Below are positions 48,210 through 57,646 of a stretch of DNA of 64,000 bases, piece by piece. Source of the stretch: Bacilli bacterium (GTDB lineage Bacteria; Bacillota_I; Bacilli_A; ML615J-28; CAG-698); the NCBI GenBank assembly GCA_028702495.1, contig JAQVOS010000001.1:10383-74382 (forward strand). Direction: 5' to 3'. Each line of letters begins with the position of its first letter. The stretch's first letter is position 1. Both the position numbers and the translations under genes were made by a program. Below the pieces are notes generated by a model, which had not been told where the DNA came from, did no database searches, and saw only the letters and a list, made by a program, of their open reading frames with translations.

Positions 48210-49569
48210 TCGTCAACCTATGCAATCTCAAAACCCTAAAACAAGACGAGCCAATTTTGATGAAGTGAATTTAGGCTATACCCAGGAAATGGCCGTTCTT
48301 GAAGCAACACGTTGCCTTCAATGTAAACATAAACCTTGTGTTGCAGGTTGTCCTGTGAACATACAAATTCCTGCCTTTATTCATGAAATCATCCAAGGAA
48401 ATATCCAAGGCGCTTACAACATTATTACTGAAGATAACCTCTTCCCTGGAATTTGTGGGAGAGTTTGTCCTCAAGAAAGCCAATGCGAGCATTTATGTGT
48501 CCGCGGAATCAAGGGACTAAGTGTTGCAATTGGTCATCTTGAACGATTTGTTGCCGATCATGTCCCTACATGTGAGGTCGTAATACCTCTAAAGAATTTA
48601 TCTAAGGTGGCCATTGTTGGATCAGGTCCTGCGGGACTCACCTGTGCCAATGAACTTGCAAAAGCTGGCTACCAAGTGACAATTTTTGAAGCCCTTCATG
48701 CTCCTGGTGGCGTCTTAATGTATGGAATTCCTGAATTCAGACTTCCAAAAGCCATTGTGATTAATGAAATTCAAAAGCTAAGAGCCATGGGAGTTGATAT
48801 CATCACCAATGCGATCATTGGAAAAACTCTGACCATTCCTCAATTATTTGAAGATGGATATCAAGCCATCTTCCTTGGAAGTGGGGCTGGATTACCTAAG
48901 TTTATGGACATTCCTGGTGAGCAATATAAAGGAGTCTTTTCAGCAAATGAATATCTAACCCGAATCAATCTCATGAAAGCTTATGACCCAAAAAGTGATA
49001 CTCCTCTATACCCGGCCAAAAAAGTTTGTATCATCGGTGGAGGAAATGTAGCGATGGATGCCGCACGATGTGCCCTTCGTTTGGGCTCAGAGCAAGTCAT
49101 GATTGTCTACAGGCGGACAGAAGAAGAAATGCCAGCAAGAATTGAAGAAATTGCTCATGCAAAAGAAGAAGGTATTGATTTCAAGTTTCTTACAAATCCA
49201 GTTGCAATTCACGCAAGTAATACGCAAGAAGTGACAGCCCTTGAATGCATCCAAATGGTTTTAGGAGAAGCTGATGCTTCTGGAAGAAGAAAACCCATTC
49301 CCGTTCCAAATTCTAATTTTTCAATTCCTTGTGATGAAGTGATTATGGCATTAGGAAATCATCCCAATCCTCTTCTTACAAAAGAAACAAAAGGATTAAT
49401 GACTGACAAATATGGATGTTTTGTTGTAAATGAACACTTAATGACTTCTATACCTGGTGTTTTTGCGGGAGGAGATGCCGTCACGGGTGCTGCAACTGTC
49501 ATTTTAGCAATGGAAGCAGGAAAAATTGCTAGTCAATCAATTAAAAAATACTTAAAGGCCAAAGAATAA
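48202..49569 (+). CDS. nfnB: NfnB / glutamate-synthase-small-subunit-like NADPH oxidoreductase ([4Fe-4S] + FAD + NADPH)
   Basis: N-terminal CLQCKHKPCVAGCP and CPQESQCEHLC cluster motifs; GSGPAGL and GGGNVAMD dinucleotide folds; ATG at 48202 overlaps nfnA stop. Confidence 0.7.
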   Translation: MNNRQPMQSQNPKTRRANFDEVNLGYTQEMAVLEATRCLQCKHKPCVAGCPVNIQIPAFIHEIIQGNIQGAYNIITEDNLFPGICGRVCPQESQCEHLCVRGIKGLSVAIGHLERFVADHVPTCEVVIPLKNLSKVAIVGSGPAGLTCANELAKAGYQVTIFEALHAPGGVLMYGIPEFRLPKAIVINEIQKLRAMGVDIITNAIIGKTLTIPQLFEDGYQAIFLGSGAGLPKFMDIPGEQYKGVFSANEYLTRINLMKAYDPKSDTPLYPAKKVCIIGGGNVAMDAARCALRLGSEQVMIVYRRTEEEMPARIEEIAHAKEEGIDFKFLTNPVAIHASNTQEVTALECIQMVLGEADASGRRKPIPVPNSNFSIPCDEVIMALGNHPNPLLTKETKGLMTDKYGCFVVNEHLMTSIPGVFAGGDAVTGAATVILAMEAGKIASQSIKKYLKAKE

Positions 49570-49586
49570 TATTAATCAAATCCAAA

Positions 49587-49838
49587 CAAAAAAGTCTATA
49601 TTTTGATATAGACTTCAGCCTGTTGACAAACTCCTTTTTTGAAAAGAGTAAAAAAAGGAGTTTTTGATTTTTCCCACATTAGCTTTATTTGGATTACTTA
49701 TTAATATTCAATTCCAATATTTAATTACAAAAGGCAACATATTTTCCCACTTTATTAAAAGTTGTAACAAAAATGAAATGAGCGTTGACTTTGTCAACGC
49801 TCTGAAGTCTATATTTTGATATAGACTTTTTTTATAGT
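49587..49838. repeat. About 250-bp element bounded by inverted roughly 40-bp repeats, each containing the palindrome AGTCTATATTTTGATATAGACT (49593-49614 and 49805-49826); internal hairpin terminators
   Basis: Left AAAAAAGTCTATATTTTGATATAGACTTCAGCCTGTTGACAAA is the near-reverse-complement of right …TTGTCAACGCTCTGAAGTCTATATTTTGATATAGACTTTTTT; lies between convergent genes. Confidence 0.5.
49631..49672 (+). terminator. Rho-independent terminator for nfnB (CTCCTTTTTT/AAAAAAGGAG stem + T-run)
   Basis: 10-bp stem, 10-nt loop, followed by TTTTTGATTTTT. Confidence 0.6.
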
Positions 49839-49860
49839 AATAGTAGTAGTGATACTATTA

Positions 49861-50388
49861 TTATTGATATTGTTGTTGCTCTTGTTGTTCAAGACCTAAA
49901 TGTTCGGTTAAACGAGCATAAATGGCATCATATCCAGCTGCTTGAAAGGTCGCTTTAGTTGCTCCTTCGAGGGTTGTGCCAATACTAATTAAAGCCGCTG
50001 TTTCGCCAATGTATAACATATCGAAATCTTCAACGCCATCCACCCAGAATGTTCCACTGTCTCCCTGACCAGGTCCCCACCCTTTACGAGCTTCGCTATA
50101 GGTCCGATAAATACCTTCATTGGCCGGATCTGATAAGTTGACCGCATAAATTGTTGATTTCCCTTCGTATTCTTTGGGTTCATCGCGTAAGAGTTCCAAA
50201 TAAGTAATGACGAGGGGTTTTACACTTTCGCAATCAGGACAATCATCGCGATAGAACACGACAAAATAGGTCCCTCCTTGCGTAAAAATGTCTTGACCGG
50301 ATAAAAATGTAACTTTTGTTTCTTTTTTACAACCACCTAAGGTGAGGGCTAGTATCGAAACGAGGACTAGCATAATGAGTTTTTTCAT
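49861..50388 (-). CDS. Thioredoxin-fold lipoprotein with CPDC motif (bacteriocin-transport-accessory-protein-like)
   Basis: Lipobox LTLGGC; …VVFYRDDCPDCESVKP… thioredoxin-like motif; Q/E-rich C-terminal tail. Confidence 0.5.
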   Translation of the reverse strand: MKKLIMLVLVSILALTLGGCKKETKVTFLSGQDIFTQGGTYFVVFYRDDCPDCESVKPLVITYLELLRDEPKEYEGKSTIYAVNLSDPANEGIYRTYSEARKGWGPGQGDSGTFWVDGVEDFDMLYIGETAALISIGTTLEGATKATFQAAGYDAIYARLTEHLGLEQQEQQQYQ

Positions 50389-51461
50389 GAGTTTTCTTTC
50401 CTTTCCTCTAATATGTAACTTATGATATTTTTTTCTTCTTCATGGATCATCATCTTGGTATCGCGATGCGGGTCTCGAATAAACCCACAATGGATTAATA
50501 CCTTTCCTGAGGCAACATTTTCCTGAACGTGGGACGCATAGATAGTCGTTTTTCCCATATCCTTTAATCGCTCGATGAAGCCGATAACTGCTTCTTTGGC
50601 ATATCCTTTACCCCAATATGCTTCAGAAATCGCATAGACAATTTGACAAGTCGTTTGACTTAAATCATATCGTGATAATCCAATATAACCAATTACCTTA
50701 TTTTCTAACTTATCTTCAATTGCTAAGCGATAAATCAAGCCTTTTGCGTATTCAGCTCGCGTTTTTTGAATTAAATCAATGGATTCTTGAATATTCTTAT
50801 GAGCTTCCCACCCCATGTATTTTGCAACATGGATGTTTGAAGCCATTTCATAATAATCAAGGGCATCAAATTCTATTAATTCACGGATGATTATGCGCGA
50901 AAGGGTGATTTTTGCAAAGAAAATAGACTCTTTTGCTTCGTGAAGTTTGAACAGTTTCATCATGCGCGTATACTCACTCCTTGAAAGGGTCAAATACCCT
51001 CTTCCTCCATGACAGTTTGTATAATAACATTTTTGCTTTAAAACAACACTTTTAATGAAAAGAACAACTCCTAATCCTGCGAATAAAATCGCGAGTAAAA
51101 GATAGAATCCTCTCATCATGTCATTTTCAAAAGCGAACGCGAAATTTCGGTTAATTTGATAACTTGTTATCCCAAGAAAAACTATAAGCGAAAGTGTTGA
51201 AAACACAATACAGGGCAAAATAAGGGCTGAAAAACTACTCTTTAGAATGTTTTTAGAAAACATAGTCCGAATATAGGCGGTAGAATGAAATTCACCCCTA
51301 ATTTTTAGTTTACACTGATTTTCATCTAAAACAGCAAAGTTACTGAGACGACAAAACCAATCTTTTTCGGAGTATTTTTGGTCACGATAAACATAACCAT
51401 TTCCTTTTTGATAAAGGATTTGTTTTTCACTAGAACGTTTCCAACCATTTCGTGTTTTCAT
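50385..51461 (-). CDS. Membrane-anchored GNAT-family N-acetyltransferase (N-terminal PH-like region + TM helices, C-terminal RimL-like GNAT domain)
   Basis: C-terminal …GYIGLSRY…AISEAYWGKGYAKEAV… acetyl-CoA-binding motif; two central hydrophobic helices; ATGA overlap with downstream lipoprotein. Confidence 0.6.
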   Translation of the reverse strand: MKTRNGWKRSSEKQILYQKGNGYVYRDQKYSEKDWFCRLSNFAVLDENQCKLKIRGEFHSTAYIRTMFSKNILKSSFSALILPCIVFSTLSLIVFLGITSYQINRNFAFAFENDMMRGFYLLLAILFAGLGVVLFIKSVVLKQKCYYTNCHGGRGYLTLSRSEYTRMMKLFKLHEAKESIFFAKITLSRIIIRELIEFDALDYYEMASNIHVAKYMGWEAHKNIQESIDLIQKTRAEYAKGLIYRLAIEDKLENKVIGYIGLSRYDLSQTTCQIVYAISEAYWGKGYAKEAVIGFIERLKDMGKTTIYASHVQENVASGKVLIHCGFIRDPHRDTKMMIHEEEKNIISYILEERKENS

Positions 51462-51512
51462 ATGATTTATTATACCCTAAAAGTATTTTTTTTGGAAGAG
51501 ATTTTCAAAAGT

Positions 51513-53930
51513 TCATCTCTTTATATGAAGATTGCGGAGCCTAAGAGCATTGAGTACCACTGAAACAGAGCTAAATGCCATCGCAAAAGCTGCAATCATG
51601 GGGTTTAAAAGTAGCCCAAAGAAGGGATATAAGATTCCTGCAGCGATTGGAATCCCAATTATGTTGTATCCAAATGCCCAAAAGAGGTTTTCTTTGATGT
51701 TTTTAATCGTTTTTTTACTAAGATAAATAGCAAGAGCAACATCGCGTAAGTCCGATTTCATGAGGACAATATCTGCACTCGACATCGCAATTTGGGCTCC
51801 GCTAGCCATCGCAATGCCAATATCACTTTTTGAGAGGGCAACAGAATCATTGATTCCATCCCCAACCATGGCAACTTTCCCGAATTCATCATGGAGTTTA
51901 TCTAAAATAGTTCCTTTTTCTTCGGGTAATACTCCATAAAAATAGTGATTTATTCCTACTTCACGAGCGACATGACGTGTTGCTTCTTCGTGATCGCCAC
52001 TAATGAGCGCAACTATTAGCCCCATTTGCTTTAGTAGTTTCACGCCTTCATAGCTTGACTCTTTGATGGTGTCTGATAAACTGACAAAACCGATGACTTC
52101 TTCTCCTTGACTACATAAAATGAGGGCTCGTCCCTGTTTTTCTTCTTCATTAATGGCTTCTTGAATCTCTTGAGATATCCTCTTTTCTTTCATAAAGGAA
52201 GCATTTCCCACTAAAATGGGGGTCTTATTCACAATTCCAGCAAGACCAAGTCCCTGATAAACGGTGAACTCCTCTACATTCAAGATCTTCACTTCTTTTA
52301 AAGTAGCATCTTTCATAATCGCTTTGGCTAAGGGATGATGTGACTTTGCTTCAAGTGAGGCCATTAAGGTAAGAAGTTCGTTTTCACCCACCACTGGACT
52401 CACAATCCGACATACTTCGACGCTGCCACTGGTAATGGTTCCGGTTTTATCCAAAGCAACCGCTTTTACACGATGCGTTTCCTCAAGAATTTGGGCATTC
52501 TTTATGAGAATACCCTGGCTAGCTCCAAGGCCTGTTCCAACAATGATGGCAATTGGAGTGGCAAGTCCTAGACTGCAAGGACATGCAATAACAAGGACTG
52601 ATACCATAATCTGTAGCCCGAATCCAAGATCTTTTGCAACAATCCACCACACAATTCCTGCAAGAATGCTGATTCCTAAAACGATGGGAACAAAAACTCC
52701 CGACACTTCATCGGCTAAACGAGCAATAGGAGCTTTAGAATTTTGAGCTTCTTCAACAAGTTTAATCATTTTCGATAAAATGGTTTCATTATCAATCGTA
52801 GTGACTTCTACTTTTAAGTATCCTGATAAGCAAATGCTAGCACCCACCACTTGACTGCCTATTCCTTTATCAATGGGTAAACTCTCCCCTGTTAACATCG
52901 CTTCATCGACCGAGGCTGCTCCTTCAATCACAATCCCATCGGTTGGAATTGGACTCCCTGCAGCCACAAGAATGATGTCTCCGATACGAAGGGTTTCAAC
53001 ACCTACTTCATGATGCCCACCTTCATCCACTAAAATGGCTGTTTGTGGAGCCAGATCAGATAGTTTTTGTAGAGCATCTTTTGCTTTTCCTTTAGAAATG
53101 TTTTCCAAAGTTTTTCCAAGCATGACTAGAGTAATAATGACAGCTACAGCTTCATAATATAAATGCATAGAGCTCTCTTGGTTACCTCGTATCAAAGTGA
53201 TTGTTGAGGCAAGACTAAACAAGAAGGCAGCAGTGGTTCCTAATGTGACTAGTGAGTCCATATTCGGATGCCACTTTATGAGATTTTTAAAGCCTCTTAT
53301 AAAAATATGTCGTCCTAAAATCATTACTATGAGAGTAAGTCCTAATTGAATGAGAGCTCCTATCCATCCATGTTCTTCTATTGTCATCCACGAAAATATG
53401 GGAAGTCCTATCATTGGACCCATGGCAATATAAAGTAGTAACAAGGAAAGACCGATATTAATCCACAAACGCAAAGGAAAAGAATATTTTTTTCCCTTAT
53501 AATCCTTCTTTTGGATTTCTAAAATTTCATATCCCAAGTCAACAATCATGTCTTTAATGGTATCAAAACTTATTTCTTCGGGGTTGCAAGAAAGACTCGC
53601 TTCTTCACTAGCATAATTCACTGTTGCACTCATGATTCCTGGCATTTTAAGTAGGGCATCTTCAATTGTTTTGCTACAAACAACACAACTCATCCCACTG
53701 ATTTTTAGTCTCATTTCTTTTGACTTGGATACGACTTCATAGCCTGCTTCATGAATGGTCTTTTTGAAGACTACTTCATCAAAGGTATCCTCAATCGTCA
53801 TCATAAGTGTTTCACTCGCAAAATTGAGATTTGCTTCCACAACACCAGGAAACTCTTTTGTTATGTCAAGAATGGTATTGCTACAAACAACACAACTCAT
53901 TCCTAATACTTGATAGGTCTTTTTTATCAT
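51513..53930 (-). CDS. copA: Copper-translocating P1B-type ATPase with two N-terminal HMA domains
   Basis: Two GMSCVVCS metal-binding motifs, CPC transmembrane motif, DKTGT phosphorylation site, GDGINDS hinge. Confidence 0.9.
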   Translation of the reverse strand: MIKKTYQVLGMSCVVCSNTILDITKEFPGVVEANLNFASETLMMTIEDTFDEVVFKKTIHEAGYEVVSKSKEMRLKISGMSCVVCSKTIEDALLKMPGIMSATVNYASEEASLSCNPEEISFDTIKDMIVDLGYEILEIQKKDYKGKKYSFPLRLWINIGLSLLLLYIAMGPMIGLPIFSWMTIEEHGWIGALIQLGLTLIVMILGRHIFIRGFKNLIKWHPNMDSLVTLGTTAAFLFSLASTITLIRGNQESSMHLYYEAVAVIITLVMLGKTLENISKGKAKDALQKLSDLAPQTAILVDEGGHHEVGVETLRIGDIILVAAGSPIPTDGIVIEGAASVDEAMLTGESLPIDKGIGSQVVGASICLSGYLKVEVTTIDNETILSKMIKLVEEAQNSKAPIARLADEVSGVFVPIVLGISILAGIVWWIVAKDLGFGLQIMVSVLVIACPCSLGLATPIAIIVGTGLGASQGILIKNAQILEETHRVKAVALDKTGTITSGSVEVCRIVSPVVGENELLTLMASLEAKSHHPLAKAIMKDATLKEVKILNVEEFTVYQGLGLAGIVNKTPILVGNASFMKEKRISQEIQEAINEEEKQGRALILCSQGEEVIGFVSLSDTIKESSYEGVKLLKQMGLIVALISGDHEEATRHVAREVGINHYFYGVLPEEKGTILDKLHDEFGKVAMVGDGINDSVALSKSDIGIAMASGAQIAMSSADIVLMKSDLRDVALAIYLSKKTIKNIKENLFWAFGYNIIGIPIAAGILYPFFGLLLNPMIAAFAMAFSSVSVVLNALRLRNLHIKR

Positions 53931-54223
53931 GATTCTAATCGACCAAATAATGCGATGACTTCTTCAATAATGGCATCATTTCCTCGTAAGAGTTCTTCTT
54001 TAATACAAGTTTTTAAGTGGTTTTTCAAAACAAACCGTCCCAAACTCTTGATGGAGTGTTCTACTGCTGAGATTTGAATCAAAATGTCGTCACAATATAC
54101 ATCCTTTTCAATCATTTGCTGAATTCCTTTGAGTTGTCCTTCGATACGATTTAATCGATTGTTCATTTGTCGCTTTTCGTTCACATCTCGATGTTTTATT
54201 TTACAGTTTTCCATATTATTCAC
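53927..54223 (-). CDS. csoR: CsoR-family copper-sensing transcriptional repressor
   Basis: 98 aa; conserved Cys…His…Cys arrangement (YCDDIL…AVEHS…KTC); ATGA overlap with copA. Confidence 0.75.
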   Translation of the reverse strand: MNNMENCKIKHRDVNEKRQMNNRLNRIEGQLKGIQQMIEKDVYCDDILIQISAVEHSIKSLGRFVLKNHLKTCIKEELLRGNDAIIEEVIALFGRLES

Positions 54224-54232
54224 CTCATCACA

Positions 54233-54262
54233 AGTATATACCCAACGGGGTATATTGTCAAA
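54233..54262 (-). promoter_or_regulatory. csoR-copA promoter (TTGACA-17-TATACT on minus strand) with CsoR-type operator ATATACCC-AACG-GGGTATAT (54236-54255) in the spacer
   Basis: Inverted repeat read directly; closely resembles the B. subtilis copZA operator (…ATACCC…GGGGTAT…). Confidence 0.6.
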
Positions 54263-54338
54263 TGAATTGCTTCAAGCCATTTTGCAATAAAAAACAACCT
54301 TTTTAAGAAGGTTGTTTTAATCGGTTGAATCAACCTCG

Positions 54339-54941
54339 TTATTCCTTAGGCGATTCAATTCGGGATTCCCATTCTAAATAGTATGCAAGGATATCTTCAA
54401 AAGTTCCTTGGTTATGGTGCTGTAATTGAAAAGCATCAAGATATTCTTTGAAGAGAATATTATAGTAGTTTTTTCGTTCATCAATTGATTGATGGTTTAT
54501 CAAGACTTCATAGTTTTCTGAAAAAATTATGATATTAAACGCTAAAGAAGCCGCCTGTTTTTTAAGACTAGTTCCTTTTTTGGCGAGTTCTTCATTCAGA
54601 GCAAATTCATTATCCCACTCTTTTTTCACAATCAAAAATGTTTTTCGTGTTGTGAAATACCGCCAAATCATGAGTCCTATACAAAGAAGGTAAAAACAAA
54701 AAAATAGATCAACAAATATATTCCCCAAATTTTGATACAAGAATAAGAAGGCAAGTAAGAGACCAATACCTGCATACAATGTTTGATGAAGATGATCATC
54801 ACACTTTTTCTTCGCCTCGCGATATCGCCCTTCAAATTGGAGGGAAGTGTCTTCTGTCCTTTTTGCAAGTTCTTTTGTCGTAAGGTCGAGTTCATGCATG
54901 GTATTCAAATACCCATTTCTAGCTCGTAGAAGGATTCTCAT
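54339..54941 (-). CDS. Hypothetical membrane protein (two central TM helices)
   Basis: 200 aa; ATGA overlap with upstream zinc-ribbon membrane protein gene. Confidence 0.4.
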   Translation of the reverse strand: MRILLRARNGYLNTMHELDLTTKELAKRTEDTSLQFEGRYREAKKKCDDHLHQTLYAGIGLLLAFLFLYQNLGNIFVDLFFCFYLLCIGLMIWRYFTTRKTFLIVKKEWDNEFALNEELAKKGTSLKKQAASLAFNIIIFSENYEVLINHQSIDERKNYYNILFKEYLDAFQLQHHNQGTFEDILAYYLEWESRIESPKE

Positions 54942-55774
54942 ATGATAAAGCCCTCCTGAATATACATGATGAAATCATATCCTGACGTGAGAATGCGTAA
55001 GCAGTGTTTGGCAAAGTTAGCTGATTCTGGCAAGAGTACAACATAAGTGGTAAGGAGTAAGATGATAAAACCGACGATGAGAATAAAGGGGAACTTCACC
55101 TTTTTATAAAGTAAAAACGAAGTCGATACAGCTAGTAAGTAAGAAGGAATTATGAAGATAAAAACGAACCCAAAATAGCGGACTTCTAAGCCAAAACTAA
55201 AGAGTCCAATTAAAAAGGTAAGAATAAAAAGCACCCCAGCTAATATCCCAAAAATCACGGCATTTCGCCTATAAACAATGGGACGAACCTCATCGCTAAA
55301 TACCATAGGAATCGCAAGACTAGAGAATAGTTCTTCATCTTTTACACGTTCAGAATTTGAATAACTATCTTCCCTAAATAAAGTATGAATGATTTTCAAA
55401 TAAGGCTCTTCATCCATTTTTTGACGTATCAAAAAACGCTCCAAGGCTCCCACTTTTTTTGCTTTCGTGTGATGAATGATATGAATTGCAACTTCGTGAA
55501 GAAGATTAGGAGTCGTATCAAGAATCAAATCATAACGATTGGGATCTCCTTGGGCATAAAACAAATAGTATTTTACAACATCATTTTTTGGGTTTTCATT
55601 TAGGTATTCGCGTGCATATTCTTGAATTATTTCAAGATTATCAAGTCTTACACCACACATCATCATGCGATACGCATAACTGAGGGTATCACCCTCACTC
55701 ACGCGATTTCCACAGTGACAACAAACTTCAGTTATCGTCAAGCGATTACAAAAAGGACATAGTTTTTCTTCCAT
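54938..55774 (-). CDS. Hypothetical membrane protein with N-terminal zinc-ribbon (CPFC…CCHC) and C-terminal 4-TM region
   Basis: Start at MEEKLCPFCN (GGGGG RBS); the ORF-track N-terminal extension is the translation of an upstream promoter. Confidence 0.45.
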   Translation of the reverse strand: MEEKLCPFCNRLTITEVCCHCGNRVSEGDTLSYAYRMMMCGVRLDNLEIIQEYAREYLNENPKNDVVKYYLFYAQGDPNRYDLILDTTPNLLHEVAIHIIHHTKAKKVGALERFLIRQKMDEEPYLKIIHTLFREDSYSNSERVKDEELFSSLAIPMVFSDEVRPIVYRRNAVIFGILAGVLFILTFLIGLFSFGLEVRYFGFVFIFIIPSYLLAVSTSFLLYKKVKFPFILIVGFIILLLTTYVVLLPESANFAKHCLRILTSGYDFIMYIQEGFII

Positions 55775-55799
55775 AGAAAGAACCCCCAATGATGTTATT

Positions 55800-55828
55800 A
55801 TTATAACACCAAACGGGGGTTCTTTCAA
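55800..55828 (-). promoter_or_regulatory. Consensus sigma-A promoter TTGAAA-17-TATAAT (minus strand) between ABC pair and zinc-ribbon membrane protein gene
   Basis: Minus-strand TTGAAA at 55828-55823 and TATAAT at 55805-55800. Confidence 0.55.
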
Positions 55829-55834
55829 GAAAAA

Positions 55835-57646
55835 TCAAGCGAAAGACTCAGGACTATCCTCTGATTTTGCTTGCAGTCGATAGTTTTTAGCCTGGGAAGT
55901 AAACAAGCGATAATAGAGGCTATCTTTCTTCTTCATCAGTTCTTTATGAGGAGCATAGTCAGCAACTTTGCCACCATCTATGATGAGTATTTTATCACAA
56001 AAGACAGAACTTGACATTCGATGGGAAATATAGATGGCTGTTTTATTTGTGACTAGTTCATTGAATTGTTGATAAATTTCAGCTTCAGCGATGGGATCTA
56101 GAGCACTCGTTGGTTCATCAAGAATCACAAGATCACTGTTTTTATAAAGAGCCCTAGCAATCGCAAGTTTTTGTTGCTGCCCACCCGATAATTCTAGCCC
56201 ATCAGGATCATAGGCTTTGTTTAAAACGGAGTCGAGTTTTTGAGGAAGGGAGGCTACTTTTTCTTCTAAACCTACCTCGCGAATGACTTCTTCTAAACGA
56301 GAAGAATCCATTTCTTTGTCCCCAGCAATGTTGTTGGCTAGTGAATAAGCAAAAAGACGATAATCTTGAAACACCGCTGAAATGTGGGTCAAGTAGTCGA
56401 GATAATCATATTCTTCAATTGGGCATCCATTGACTAGAATCGCCCCACTGGTAGGTGCATAAAAACGACACAAGATCTTAATGAGCGTGGTTTTACCAGC
56501 TCCATTCAGTCCAACAATTGATATCTTTTCGCCCCGATGAATCACAGCATTAATGGATGATAACACAAAGACTTCACTCTTGGGGTATTTAAAAGAGAGG
56601 TCACGAAATTCAATTGTCTCAATCACACCCACTTTTTTGTCTGTTGCGTGAGTTAATGCTTCAGGTAGCTCCATAAATTCAACCAGCGGTGAAAGGTAAC
56701 TTAGCATTTGTCCAATCACCATGAGATTGTCTACGAGATCAGAAAACGCCTGTGAAAAAGAAAGAGCAGATGTTGTGTACATCGTAAAATCTCCAATGGA
56801 GATTTTGGCTCCCCAAGAAGCGCTAAAGACACGAAAGCCAACATATAAATAAACGAGCCCCATTTGAATATAATTGATGAATTTAAAGACCCCTGTTACA
56901 AGTCCAGCTTTCTTAAAAAAAACGCCAAACTCCTCATTGATTTCCTTGTTAAAACGTCTGACTTTATCTAAAAAAATAGGGGACATTTGATCAAGTCGCA
57001 TCTCTTTTGATAAGGTAAAATTAAAGGTTTGCTGTAAGTAATACCCATATTTACGATTGATGGGAAGAAGATTTTCATAAAAACGGACTTGATATTTTTT
57101 AAATAAATGATTAATGAACATGGCGCAAATGATTCCAATAAAGAGAACCAAAACCAAAACATAACTAAGGGTAAACATAATCACGACTAATCCGATTAAT
57201 GTGAAAACATTGGATACGGTTTTAGAAAAAGCGTTGATAATGTTAACGAGAGCACCTTGATTCGTACAGGCGAATAAGGCTCGCTCTTTTAAGTCTAAAT
57301 AATAAGGGTCTTCTAAATATTGATAATCCACAGCCATGATTTTTTCAGCCATGATTTCATGAATACGACGTTCAATATAGGCATTTTTTACATCTAATAA
57401 TCGTTTATAAATTCGATCTAAAAAATTGAACAAAAGATTCGCTCCAACGATGAGACAAAACCATTGAATTAAAAGGGCTGTGTCTTGATTTCCTAGTAAT
57501 TCTTCAATTAGATATTTGGGTAAAATGACATTAAGCAAGATGCGAATACTTGAAAATAAAGACCCAAGGATAATCATCCAAACATAACTTTTGGATGCCT
57601 TTTGCATGATGGAAAAAAGAATTTTCAGTTTTTTAGTTACCTTCAT
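55835..57646 (-). CDS. ABC exporter, fused permease/ATPase (heterodimer partner B)
   Basis: Walker A GLNGAGKTT, signature LSGGQQQK, Walker B LVILDEPTS; start MKVTKK with GGAAGGTGA RBS. Confidence 0.85.
   Translation of the reverse strand: MKVTKKLKILFSIMQKASKSYVWMIILGSLFSSIRILLNVILPKYLIEELLGNQDTALLIQWFCLIVGANLLFNFLDRIYKRLLDVKNAYIERRIHEIMAEKIMAVDYQYLEDPYYLDLKERALFACTNQGALVNIINAFSKTVSNVFTLIGLVVIMFTLSYVLVLVLFIGIICAMFINHLFKKYQVRFYENLLPINRKYGYYLQQTFNFTLSKEMRLDQMSPIFLDKVRRFNKEINEEFGVFFKKAGLVTGVFKFINYIQMGLVYLYVGFRVFSASWGAKISIGDFTMYTTSALSFSQAFSDLVDNLMVIGQMLSYLSPLVEFMELPEALTHATDKKVGVIETIEFRDLSFKYPKSEVFVLSSINAVIHRGEKISIVGLNGAGKTTLIKILCRFYAPTSGAILVNGCPIEEYDYLDYLTHISAVFQDYRLFAYSLANNIAGDKEMDSSRLEEVIREVGLEEKVASLPQKLDSVLNKAYDPDGLELSGGQQQKLAIARALYKNSDLVILDEPTSALDPIAEAEIYQQFNELVTNKTAIYISHRMSSSVFCDKILIIDGGKVADYAPHKELMKKKDSLYYRLFTSQAKNYRLQAKSEDSPESFA

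Noticed and set aside
51481-51512. Hairpin AAGAGAT…ATCTCTT as copA terminator
   Set aside because: The T-run is on the wrong side for a minus-strand intrinsic terminator; it is more likely part of the GNAT gene promoter region or a weak structure
55775-55828. N-terminal extension MKEPPFGVIIITSLGVLS of the 296-aa ORF
   Set aside because: The sequence encodes a consensus TTGAAA-17-TATAAT promoter on the coding strand; real start is the RBS-preceded MEEKLCPFCN at 55774
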